A program made the translations under genes and the position numbers. The notes beneath the pieces are model-generated. The model searched no databases, was not told where the DNA came from, and was given only the letters and a program-made list of their open reading frames with translations. This document shows positions 8,963 through 17,868 of a stretch of 64,000 bases of DNA, piece after piece (the stretch's first letter is position 1; each line of letters opens with the position of its first letter). The stretch covers positions 1,425 to 65,424 of the forward strand of contig CAMTXC010000009.1 in assembly GCA_947085635.1 (NCBI GenBank). Direction: 5' to 3'. The DNA comes from an uncultured Actinomycetes bacterium. GTDB taxonomy: Bacteria > Actinomycetota > Thermoleophilia > RBG-16-64-13.

Positions 8963-9218
8963 GGCGACGTGGTTCGTCCGCCCCGACCGGGCGCCGGCGG
9001 GTCGCGCCGCTCCACCGCCCAGCTCGGGACGGGCGGGGAGTCCACCGCGGTCGCGCTGTTTCCACAAGAGAGGTCTCATCCCTTTTCATAGCGGCCGCTC
9101 GGCCTCGCCCAGCGCGCCTGCGCCCACGAGAGGTGGCTGCAGGTGCAGCCCCCCGCTCGGCGCGAGTACCAGGCGCCTCGTCTGACGCGCATGTGCCGCA
9201 GCTCTCGCGCGCCCGCTC

Positions 9219-10010
9219 TCAGGTGTCGAACAGGTGAAGGATGGTGATGGCCTCGCAAGGAGGCACCACCACGATCTCCGAGTTCCAGGGGCCCGCAAAG
9301 AGGCGTTCGAGGAGCACGAGGGAGCCGGGCGCCTCAGTGTGCTCGAGTTCGAGGTCACGGGCGAAGGCCTGACTCTTGGGAAGTGTGGCGGCAACGTCGA
9401 AGGCGCCGGTATCGATCAGCGTCACCCGCTCGTAGGCCGACAGCGTGCTTTTGCGCAGCCGCCGGGCCTTCTCAGGGCCGAAGCGTTCGGTCCACACGTC
9501 GAGCGACTCTCGCACGGGGTTGTCGTGGCAGAGCCAACCCTTGGTGACGTAGAAGGCGTGGGCGTCGCGCACGATCTCCTCGCGTGTGCAGCCGTGGTTG
9601 AGGAAGAGCGAGATGCAGTCGTCCACCCGGGGGAACACGAGCCTGTGATGTCTGGAGACGAGACCTTGCAGACCGTTACCGCAGTAGCCCAGGGCGAGGA
9701 GGATGTCGGGACCGGCCTCGGCCGCTGATATGTCATCCCGCGGGCGGATGACCAAGGTCTCGCTGCGGTTGGCGGCCGGGCCCAGGCCGGGGCGTACTGA
9801 GGGCAGCTCGGCGGGAGCTCCTGTTTCGACCGCCTCGTCCAGATGGTCAACGAGTAGCTGGATGTGGTCTCGCAGCTTCTCCGGACGCTCGTGGAGACCG
9901 CTCTCGATCCACACGATGGGTGTGGTGAGGCCGTCACGGCCGTCGCGTGTAGTCGCCCGCTCGAGGGCCGACCCCACCTCATCCTCGATCATCTCGCAGG
10001 CGAAGATCAC
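9219..10010 (-). CDS. DUF1638 domain protein
   Basis: The N-terminal VIFACEMIEDEV matches the family's (I/V)IAC..(L/I).(D/E)E start, and the rest of the protein is consistent with the family. The 376-aa track ORF has an Arg/Pro-rich N-terminal extension that runs almost to the histidine kinase stop, so I trimmed it. The start is GTG 10010 or GTG 10091 (uncertain). Confidence 0.6.
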   Translation of the reverse strand: MIFACEMIEDEVGSALERATTRDGRDGLTTPIVWIESGLHERPEKLRDHIQLLVDHLDEAVETGAPAELPSVRPGLGPAANRSETLVIRPRDDISAAEAGPDILLALGYCGNGLQGLVSRHHRLVFPRVDDCISLFLNHGCTREEIVRDAHAFYVTKGWLCHDNPVRESLDVWTERFGPEKARRLRKSTLSAYERVTLIDTGAFDVAATLPKSQAFARDLELEHTEAPGSLVLLERLFAGPWNSEIVVVPPCEAITILHLFDT

Positions 10011-10379
10011 GGCGCCTGGGCCGAGGCCGAGTGCGGAGGGGTGCGCGAGTTCGCCGGAGCGGTCTGAAATGGGGGCGGGGGCGTCTTCCACGTCACGGAT
10101 GCTAGCATGGCAGGATGGGTTGTGCCCCCGCCACATCGGGTGACCGCCCGCCTCGACCACTCGGCGACCTCGTCGATCAGACCCGCGTGGCCGGGCGGAT
10201 ACCGCTGCGGGCGTTGCTGAGAGCCGGGAGCGCCATGCCCTTCTGGCGCCTCTGCGGTCGCTTCTTCGGAACTCGACTGGGCCAAGCGTTCCTCGGTCGG
10301 GGGAAGTTCCTGGGTGCGGGGGTGGCTCGGGTGTGGAGGCGTCGGGCACGCCGACGGTGGCCCTTTCGGTGAACCGGGG

Positions 10380-12443
10380 CTACTCCGAGCGGGTGCGGGC
10401 TCCGGCGGAACTGGCATCGAGCGTCTCTCGGACGCAGCGTGCCAGATCCACCGGGGAGAACGGTTTCTGCAGGAGCGGGACGCCCTCTCCTTCCGCGGGT
10501 TTCGGCATGGTCTTGTCGTCGGCGTAGCCCGTCGCGAACACCACCGGCAAAGCCGGGTGCGCCTCGCGCATGCGCTCAGAGAGTTCGCGGCCGTTCATGA
10601 CGGGCATCATCAGATCGGTCACGAGCAGATCTACCCCGTGTGGGTGTCGGGCTGCCAACGATAAGGCCTCGAGCCCGTCGGCGCCCGCGACGACGGTGTA
10701 GCCGAGCTTCTCCAGCACCCTGGTCATGAGTGCTCGTACCGCGCCCTCGTCTTCCGCGAGGAGGATGGTCTCGGAGCCCGCGTAGTCCTCCATTGCTCGA
10801 TCTGGAGTAGAAGGGTGTGTCGCCGACGTCCGGCGTGCGGTCGCGGGCAGGAGGATGCGGAAGAGCGCCCCCTCGCCCGGATTGTTCTCCAGCCGAATGC
10901 CTCCTCCGCTTTGCACCACTATGCCGTGCACGGTGGAGAGTCCGAGTCCTGTCCCCCGGCCGCGAGGTTTGGTCGTGAAGAAGGGCTCGAAGATGTTCGA
11001 TTCGAATTCGGGAGGTACACCCGGTCCCGTGTCTGAGAAAGTGATCTCGGCGTAGACACCCTGGTCGAGCCTTCTGTCGCCGAAGAACTCGGCGGTGTCC
11101 AATCGGCGTGAGGCCGCCTCGATGGTGAGCGTACCGCCGGCGACCATGGCGTCACAGGCATTCGCCACCAGGTTCAAGACCACCTGCTCGATCTGACCGC
11201 GATCCGCGTCGATGTTGGAAGTGTCGGCCGACAAGCGCGTGGTCAGTCGGATGCGGTTCCCGAGTACGCGTTCCAACATCCCGTGCATGCCATCGAGCAT
11301 TGCGACGAGATCGATGGTCTGCGGCGTCCGCGGCTCTTTCCTGCCGAAGGCGAGCAGCTGCCGCGTGAGAGTGGCTCCTTGATCGGCGGCTCGGAGGATG
11401 TGTTGAAGTTCCGCGCGGCCGCGTTCGTCGGCGGAAGTGGAGTCGAGCAGGATTCCGGCGTAGCCCGTTATCGTGGTGAGGAGGTTGTTGAAGTCGTGGG
11501 CGACGCCGCCCGCAAGGCGTCCGATGGCCTCCATCCTCTGCGCGTGGAGTGCCTGCTCCTCGTGCTTCCGCAATGCCTCTTCGGCCTGTTTCCGCCGAGT
11601 CATGTCCACGATCGATACCAGGACCCGGGACATGGTGGCTTCGTGGCCCGGAGCGACGAAAGCCCGCACTACTACGTCGAGAGGCTCTCCGGTGAGAGTG
11701 CGGTTCTTGACCTCCCGCTCGAAGAAGGTGTCTCCCTCGTAGAGAGAAAGCGCCGACTCCGCGAATTCCAGATAGTAAGCCGGATCGACCACTTCCCCCA
11801 TGCGAGTGGCGAATTCCGTGACATCTCGCGCCTTGTACATCCGGAGGGTGGCATCGTTCACGTCGATGATCCTCGCCAGGGCCAGGCACTGGACAAGGGC
11901 CGCGGGGTGCTGCTCCATGTGCGCTCGGAGATCGGAGACACCAGACTCCACCAGAGAATCAAGATACTTCTTGACTTCTGAAAAGTCCTCCTCCCACAGT
12001 GAGACCGGGGACTGGTTGAACAGTGAGCGATAGTGTTCCCTGCTCGCCCTGAGTCGCAGGTCGGCCGCGATCCGGTCTCCTGTCTCGGTGAGGAACGCAA
12101 CGGTCCCTGGGCCTCCAGGCAAGTCCAAGCGGGTCGCCTCGACGTGGTAGGGGAGCAGCGTGCCGTCCTTCCGAATGCCCTCCACCTCGTAGGAGTCAGA
12201 TGAACGCGCTCCACTCTCCCTGCTGCTCGCACGTTCCCTGACCTCGTCGCGGTACTCGGGTGCCACCAGGTCGAGGAACGAACGGCCGAGGAGGTCGGTG
12301 GGAGAGTCGTATCCGAAGAGCGATGCATACTTCCGGTTCGCCCAAAGCACCACTGTCGCACGGGTGATGGAAATACCGATGGGCGCCTCTCGCAACACCT
12401 GAACGAGGGCGCTATCGGTGACCATATCGGGGTTAGGATCCAT
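10380..12443 (-). CDS. Hybrid sensor histidine kinase: PAS domains, HisKA/HATPase and a C-terminal receiver
   Basis: H-box GGVAHDFNNLLTTITG. N/G boxes NLVANACDA, DTGPGV, GTGLGLS. Receiver domain ILLAEDEGAVR...DLLVTDLMMPVMNG. There are two PAS-like segments upstream. The start was moved to MDPNPDM (12443), and the upstream 75 codons look non-coding. Confidence 0.9.
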   Translation of the reverse strand: MDPNPDMVTDSALVQVLREAPIGISITRATVVLWANRKYASLFGYDSPTDLLGRSFLDLVAPEYRDEVRERASSRESGARSSDSYEVEGIRKDGTLLPYHVEATRLDLPGGPGTVAFLTETGDRIAADLRLRASREHYRSLFNQSPVSLWEEDFSEVKKYLDSLVESGVSDLRAHMEQHPAALVQCLALARIIDVNDATLRMYKARDVTEFATRMGEVVDPAYYLEFAESALSLYEGDTFFEREVKNRTLTGEPLDVVVRAFVAPGHEATMSRVLVSIVDMTRRKQAEEALRKHEEQALHAQRMEAIGRLAGGVAHDFNNLLTTITGYAGILLDSTSADERGRAELQHILRAADQGATLTRQLLAFGRKEPRTPQTIDLVAMLDGMHGMLERVLGNRIRLTTRLSADTSNIDADRGQIEQVVLNLVANACDAMVAGGTLTIEAASRRLDTAEFFGDRRLDQGVYAEITFSDTGPGVPPEFESNIFEPFFTTKPRGRGTGLGLSTVHGIVVQSGGGIRLENNPGEGALFRILLPATARRTSATHPSTPDRAMEDYAGSETILLAEDEGAVRALMTRVLEKLGYTVVAGADGLEALSLAARHPHGVDLLVTDLMMPVMNGRELSERMREAHPALPVVFATGYADDKTMPKPAEGEGVPLLQKPFSPVDLARCVRETLDASSAGARTRSE

Positions 12444-12657
12444 GTCTGTGTCGCTGCGAACCGAATGCACCTCGTGACCGGGGGGGTCGGAGAAGAGCCG
12501 ACCTCGATATGCCGCACGTGAGGATTGTAGCCGGTTTGATCTCTGAAGTTTTGTCGCCTCGACCCACGCGGGCGCCCGGCGGTGCCGTTGCCCGGGGGGC
12601 CGGTCGGCGGCGCCACCGCCGTCACGACCGATTCCGCCGCGGCCGACATGACCGACG

Positions 12658-14061
12658 GTGCCGAGCACGGGGTGCTACAGTTGCCCCACAGTGACCAGCG
12701 ACCGCGAAGCATCAGATCCTCGAACGCGAAGGGCCGACCCGGCTCAGGCCTCCCCCTTCCTCACGGCGAAGGTGCGTGAGCGGGCCTTTCTCATCGCTGT
12801 GGACACGGGAAAAGACGCATCCTGGACCGCAGAGGAGTCGCTTCTGGAACTCGGCGCCCTCGTCGAGACGGCGGGTGGGGAAGTGGTGGGCTCGGTTGTC
12901 CAGAACCGCCAGGGCCCTCATCCCGTCTGGTACTTGGGGCCGGGCAAGGCCAAGGAGCTGATACAGGCGAAATCGGCCCACGACTTCAACCTCCTCGTAT
13001 CCGATGACGAGCTCTCGCCCAAACAACAACGCTCGCTGGAGAAACTCCTCGATGTCAAGGTACTCGACAGGTCCGGGGTGATCCTCGACATCTTCGCCCA
13101 GCGCGCCCGCACTCACGAGGGTCGCCTCCAGGTCGAGTTGGCCCGCCTCGAGTACCAGCTGCCTCGACTCACGCGCATGTGGACGCACCTCTCCCGTATG
13201 GGTGGCGGCATCGGCACGCGCCGCGGACCGGGGGAGACTCAGCTCGAGACCGACCGCCGCGTGATCAGGGAGCGCATCAAGAAGATGAAGGAGCAGGTGG
13301 CCGGGATCAGCCTGCAACGAGAGACGGCCTCCCGCGAGCGCGCCCGCCAGGTGCTGCCCACGGTCGCGATCGTCGGCTACACGAACGCGGGGAAATCGAC
13401 CCTGCTGAACTCCCTTGTGGGGAGCGAGGTGGCCGCGGCGGCGGACAAGCTGTTCGCCACGCTCGACCCCACCAGCCGTCGGGTGGAGTTGGGTGAGGGG
13501 CAGGTGGTGGTGGCCTCCGACACCGTTGGGTTCATCCACAAGCTGCCTCATCAGCTCGTGAATGCGTTCCGCGCGACGCTCGAGGAGGTGGTGCGCGCCG
13601 ACGTGCTCATCGAGGTGGTCGACGCCGCCGACACCCACTTCCGTGACCACCGGCGCGCCGTACAAGAGGTGCTGGACGAACTCGGGGCGGGCCACAAGCC
13701 TCGGCTTGTCGCCTACAACAAGGTCGACGCCGTCGAGACCGTGGCCGGGGCCGCGTTCAACGCTCCGCGAGGCGACGCGCGGGCAGTGGCGGTCTCGGCA
13801 CTCACGGGCGCGGGACTCGACCAGTTGCGCAGCGCGCTCGCTTCGGTGCTGGCCGAACTGTGGGTCGAGGTCGACCTGCGCCTGCCCTACACCGAGGGTG
13901 CGCTTCTGGCGCGGGTGCGCGAACGCGGGGTGGTGCACTTCGAGTACGGCGACACCGATGTGCGAGTGCATGGTCGGGTCGCGCCCACGATAGCCGGTGA
14001 GCTCGCCGAATCCGCGCGCGCGTGGCGCCGGGTTCAGAAGGAAGCCGCTCTGGACGATTGA
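12658..14061 (+). CDS. hflX: GTPase HflX
   Basis: HflX N-domain (ERAFLIAV...ESL.EL..LVETAGGEV) and G-domain (GYTNAGKSTLLN, DTVGF, NKVD). The start is uncertain: GTG 12658 per the track, or GTG 12772 just before RERAFLIAV. Confidence 0.9.
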   Translation: MPSTGCYSCPTVTSDREASDPRTRRADPAQASPFLTAKVRERAFLIAVDTGKDASWTAEESLLELGALVETAGGEVVGSVVQNRQGPHPVWYLGPGKAKELIQAKSAHDFNLLVSDDELSPKQQRSLEKLLDVKVLDRSGVILDIFAQRARTHEGRLQVELARLEYQLPRLTRMWTHLSRMGGGIGTRRGPGETQLETDRRVIRERIKKMKEQVAGISLQRETASRERARQVLPTVAIVGYTNAGKSTLLNSLVGSEVAAAADKLFATLDPTSRRVELGEGQVVVASDTVGFIHKLPHQLVNAFRATLEEVVRADVLIEVVDAADTHFRDHRRAVQEVLDELGAGHKPRLVAYNKVDAVETVAGAAFNAPRGDARAVAVSALTGAGLDQLRSALASVLAELWVEVDLRLPYTEGALLARVRERGVVHFEYGDTDVRVHGRVAPTIAGELAESARAWRRVQKEAALDD

Positions 14062-14110
14062 GGGCCGCCGCCCTGCACGACTGAGGATCTCCACGCTGCA
14101 CGACTGAGGG
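14050..14110. repeat. Three copies of a 15-bp motif (CTGsACGAyTGAGGr) at exact 23-bp phasing
   Basis: The copies are CTGGACGATTGAGGG (14050-14064, containing the hflX stop), CTGCACGACTGAGGA (14073-14087) and CTGCACGACTGAGGG (14096-14110). Read directly from the sequence. Confidence 0.75.
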
Positions 14111-14171
14111 TCCATTCGCACGTCGTGCGGACCGTCCGACCGGCCTCTGCAACCGCACAAAAGGCAGGCTG

Positions 14172-14200
14172 TTGACGGGCGTGTCCGAGCTTACTATGCT
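14172..14200 (+). promoter_or_regulatory. Candidate sigma70-type promoter (TTGACG-17-TATGCT) for the acyl-CoA synthetase gene
   Basis: The hexamers were read directly. The element is ~105 nt upstream of the ATG at 14305. Confidence 0.4.
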
Positions 14201-14304
14201 CCTCCGACCAGCATCCTCGTCGGGGACGCCGGCCTCAGCGTGAGGTCTTGGCCGGCGCTCCGCCGCTCCGGGGGACGATGCGATCCGCACAAGGGGGCCC
14301 GCAC

Positions 14305-16203
14305 ATGAGCGCGAACTACACCGAGGTATTCAGCCGTTCTCTGGAAGATCCCGAAGGGTTCTGGGCGGAGGCCGCCGAGGCCATCCATTGGGATAAGAAG
14401 TGGGACACGGTGCTCGACGACAGCGCCGCCCCCATCTACCGCTGGTTCCGTGGCGGCCGCCTCAATACCTGCTACAACGCCCTCGACCGCCATGTCGAGG
14501 CCGGGCGGGGAGACCAGGCGGCCCTCATATACGATAGCCCTGTCACCGGCACCACGCGCACCTACACCTATGCGGAGCTCACCGACGAAGTCGCGCGTTT
14601 CGCCGGGGCCCTGCAAACCCTGGGTGTGGGCAAAGGCGACACGGTTGTCATCTACATGCCCATGGTGCCGGAGGGCGCAATATCCATGCTGGCCTGCGCC
14701 CGCATAGGCGCCGTGCACTCCGTGGTCTTTGGCGGCTTCGCACCGCAGGAGCTGGCGGTGCGCATCGACGACGCCAAGCCGAAAGCGATCGTGTCGGCCT
14801 CGTGCGGTATCGAGGTGGCGCGGGTGATCGAGTACAAGCCTCTGCTCGACAAGGCGATCGAACTTGCCGAGAGCAAGCCCGAGAGCTGCGTGATCCTGCA
14901 GCGCCCTATGGCCACGGCTTCCATGGTCGATGGACGCGACCACGACTGGGCCGACGTGATGTCGCAAGCCGCGCCCGCCGAATGCGTGAGCGTCGAGGCC
15001 ACTGACCCGCTCTACATCCTCTACACGTCGGGCACCACAGGCAGGCCGAAAGGGGTTGTGCGCGACAACGGCGGCCACGCGGTGGCCCTCCGTTGGTCGA
15101 TGGAATACGTCTACGACGTGCAGCCGGGTGACGTCTATTGGGCGGCTTCGGACGTCGGATGGGTCGTGGGGCACAGCTACATCGTCTACGCGCCCCTGTT
15201 CACCGGCTGCACGACGATTCTGTACGAAGGCAAGCCCGTAGGCACGCCCGATGCCGGTGCGTTCTGGCGCGTGATCCGCGACCACAAGGTCAAGGTGCTC
15301 TTCACGGCTCCGACCGCCTTCCGGGCCATCAAGAAGGAAGATCCCACCGGCTCGCTCCTCGCGCAGTACGACATCTCTCACTTCACCTACCTCTTCCTCG
15401 CAGGGGAGAGGCTCGACCCGGATACGTATTTCTGGGCGTCCGACCTGCTGGGTGTGCCCGTGATCGACCACTGGTGGCAGACCGAGACGGGGTGGCCCAT
15501 CGCCGCGAACTGCATGGGCATCAAGCCTTTCCCGGTCAAAGCCGGTTCGCCCACCAAGCCGGTGCCCGGTTACGACGTGCAGGTGCTCGACGCCGACGCC
15601 CGGCCGGTGCCCGCGGGTTCTGAGGGTATCGTCATGATGAAGCTGCCCATGCCCCCCGGGTGTCTGCCCACCCTTTGGGAGGACGACGAGCGCTTCATCG
15701 AGTCGTACGTGAGTGCGTACCCCGGCTACTACTTCACGGGCGACGGAGGCTACTTCGACGAAGACGGGTACCTCTACATCATGGGTCGCGTCGACGATGT
15801 GATCAACGTCGCCGGGCACCGGCTCTCCACGGGGCGCATGGAGGAGGTGATCGCCACCCACCCGGACGTGGCAGAGTGCGCGGTCCTCGGCGTGGGCGAC
15901 GAGCTCAAGGGACAGGTGCCGCTGGGCTTGTGCGTGTTGAAGGCGGGGGTCGACCGGGACGACACCGAGATCGCCCGGGAGGTCGTGCAGATGGTGCGCG
16001 ACCAGGTGGGAGCCGTAGCGTCCTTCAAGGTGGCGACCGTCGTGCAGAGGCTCCCCAAGACCCGCTCGGGCAAGATCCTGCGGGGCACCATGCGCAAGAT
16101 CGCCGACGGCGAGAAGTTCACGATACCCTCCACCATCGACGACCCGGTGATCCTCGACGAGGTCGCCGAGCGGCTTCGTGGAGTGGGGTACGCCAAGGAG
16201 TGA
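14305..16203 (+). CDS. prpE: Short-chain acyl-CoA synthetase, PrpE-like (propionate--CoA ligase family)
   Basis: The N-terminus MSANYTEVFSRSLEDPEGFWAEAA...RWF.GG.LN.C.NALDRH aligns with my memory of PrpE/ACSS3. AMP-binding motifs are YTSGTTGRPKG and ...TGDGGY.DEDGY..I.GR.DDVINV.GHR. AAGGGGG Shine-Dalgarno lies 7 nt upstream of the ATG at 14305, so the track start at 14248 was rejected. Confidence 0.85.
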   Translation: MSANYTEVFSRSLEDPEGFWAEAAEAIHWDKKWDTVLDDSAAPIYRWFRGGRLNTCYNALDRHVEAGRGDQAALIYDSPVTGTTRTYTYAELTDEVARFAGALQTLGVGKGDTVVIYMPMVPEGAISMLACARIGAVHSVVFGGFAPQELAVRIDDAKPKAIVSASCGIEVARVIEYKPLLDKAIELAESKPESCVILQRPMATASMVDGRDHDWADVMSQAAPAECVSVEATDPLYILYTSGTTGRPKGVVRDNGGHAVALRWSMEYVYDVQPGDVYWAASDVGWVVGHSYIVYAPLFTGCTTILYEGKPVGTPDAGAFWRVIRDHKVKVLFTAPTAFRAIKKEDPTGSLLAQYDISHFTYLFLAGERLDPDTYFWASDLLGVPVIDHWWQTETGWPIAANCMGIKPFPVKAGSPTKPVPGYDVQVLDADARPVPAGSEGIVMMKLPMPPGCLPTLWEDDERFIESYVSAYPGYYFTGDGGYFDEDGYLYIMGRVDDVINVAGHRLSTGRMEEVIATHPDVAECAVLGVGDELKGQVPLGLCVLKAGVDRDDTEIAREVVQMVRDQVGAVASFKVATVVQRLPKTRSGKILRGTMRKIADGEKFTIPSTIDDPVILDEVAERLRGVGYAKE

Positions 16204-16361
16204 CGAGCTCTCGCGGTTCCTCCCTCGCTCTCGGCCGCTTGGGCGAACCTCGACGGCAGGTTGCGCGATACAATCATCCCGCCGTCTTTCTGGGCGGCCG
16301 GTGTGGGAGAGGCCGGGGTGAGCCCGACCCCTACCCGATCTTGCAGATGAAGGAGGGGGTT

Positions 16362-17804
16362 ATGACGAACCCCAACATCGGCGTCGGCCCGGTGGCCGTG
16401 GTGGGGGCGGGCCTTACCGGAGCGAGTTGGGCCGCCCTTTTCGCTGCGCACGGGCGGGAGGTGCGCCTCTACGACCGAGACGTTGACGCGGCACGCGCGG
16501 CCCTGCCCCGGGTGCGCGAAGCCGTCGAGTTCCTCGTTTCGCACGACTTGGCGCCGTCGCATCTAGCGCAGCGGGGATCGCGGGCGTTGCGGGTCGAGTC
16601 CGATCTGGCCTCTGCTGTGGCGGGCGTGGTGCTCGTGCAGGAGTCGGTCGCCGAGGACCTCGCCGTGAAACGGGCTGTGTTCGCCGAAGCCGATGCGGCG
16701 GCGCCGCCGGACGCGATCCTGGCCACGAGCTCGAGCGGCCTCTCGATAAGCAGGATCCAGGAGGGCCTTCCCGGAGCGGCCCGCTGCGTGGCGGCGCACC
16801 CGTACAACCCGCCTCACCTGATACCTCTGGTCGAAATCGCTCCCGGAGAGGCCACGTCGCCGGAGACCGTGGCTGCGGCGCGGGCCTTCTACGAATCGGT
16901 GGGCAAGGACCCCGTCGTGCTCGCCCGCGACCTTCCCGGCTACCTGTCGAACCGCATGTCGGCGGCCTTGTGGAGGGAGGCGGTGGAGCTCGTGCGCTCC
17001 GGCGTGGCCTCGGTGGCCGACGTCGACCGCGCTATCGCCGGCGGGCCGGGACTGCGCTGGGCGGCGATGGGACCGCACACGCTGTACCACCTCGGCGGCG
17101 GCGCCGGGGGCATCCGCGGTCACCTCGAGCATCTGGGGCACGTGAAGGAAGGCATGCTGCGCGACATCGCCACCTGGACGGAGTTCCCCACCGATACGGC
17201 CGACGTCTTGGAGGCGGGGCTGGCCGACGCGCTTGCCGGGCGATCGGTGGCGTCACTCGAACGAGACCGCGACGAGGCGCTGGCCGGATTCCTGAAAGCG
17301 CGTGCGGCGGCCGCATCTGGTGAGGGCGAGACGTCGGCTGTCGGGGAGGCGCCGCCGGGCGGCGGCGGCCCCGGGGTCGCACCCACTGCCCCGGGCGACA
17401 GCGAGGCGCCGCCGGCTCCGATCGTGGTGCAGTCCGCCGCCGGAGTTGCGGTCGAGGTGGCGCCGGGGGTCACGCGCACCACTCTCGCCGTGGGGTCACG
17501 CACGATGCTCGTTCGCTTCGAATTGGAGCCCGGTGCGGATATCCCGCTCCACGCGCACCCTCACGAGCAGACCGGACACCTGGTCTCGGGCGACGCGGAG
17601 CTCGTGGGCGTCGACGGGTCGTGGCCGGTGCGCCCCGGAGACAGCTGGTCGATACCGGGTGACGCCCCGCACGGCGCGCGGAGCGTCGGAGGGGCCGTGA
17701 TCGTGGAGGTGTTCAGTCCGGTCCGCGACGACTACCTTCCCGGGCCGCCGTCCGTGCAGCCGTCCGACCAGCCATCCGGGTCGCCATCCGAGCCGCGTGG
17801 GTGA
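16362..17804 (+). CDS. Fusion protein: NAD-dependent 3-hydroxyacyl-CoA/L-gulonate/carnitine-dehydrogenase-type domain plus a C-terminal cupin
   Basis: AAGGAGGGGG Shine-Dalgarno lies before the ATG at 16362. Rossmann motif VAVVGAGLTGASWAALFAAHG. A HAD C-terminal domain is present. A ~45-aa Ala/Gly/Pro linker follows, then a cupin_2 core (G..IPLHAHPHEQTGHLVSG......G....V.PGDSW.IPGDAPHG). The 714-aa track ORF overlaps prpE and was rejected. Confidence 0.8.
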   Translation: MTNPNIGVGPVAVVGAGLTGASWAALFAAHGREVRLYDRDVDAARAALPRVREAVEFLVSHDLAPSHLAQRGSRALRVESDLASAVAGVVLVQESVAEDLAVKRAVFAEADAAAPPDAILATSSSGLSISRIQEGLPGAARCVAAHPYNPPHLIPLVEIAPGEATSPETVAAARAFYESVGKDPVVLARDLPGYLSNRMSAALWREAVELVRSGVASVADVDRAIAGGPGLRWAAMGPHTLYHLGGGAGGIRGHLEHLGHVKEGMLRDIATWTEFPTDTADVLEAGLADALAGRSVASLERDRDEALAGFLKARAAAASGEGETSAVGEAPPGGGGPGVAPTAPGDSEAPPAPIVVQSAAGVAVEVAPGVTRTTLAVGSRTMLVRFELEPGADIPLHAHPHEQTGHLVSGDAELVGVDGSWPVRPGDSWSIPGDAPHGARSVGGAVIVEVFSPVRDDYLPGPPSVQPSDQPSGSPSEPRG

Positions 17805-17868
17805 CCGCGGCCGCTCAACCCGTCGCGGCCGCCGATGGAGCGGCGTCGGGCCGAGAGGCCGGGAGGCG

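Noticed and set aside
15660-16361. N-terminal 234 codons of the 714-aa track ORF, which would make the dehydrogenase-cupin protein much longer.
   Set aside because: This part overlaps the 3' end of prpE in another frame and reads as Arg/Gly-rich nonsense. A strong AAGGAGGGGG Shine-Dalgarno precedes the ATG at 16362, where the Rossmann motif begins.
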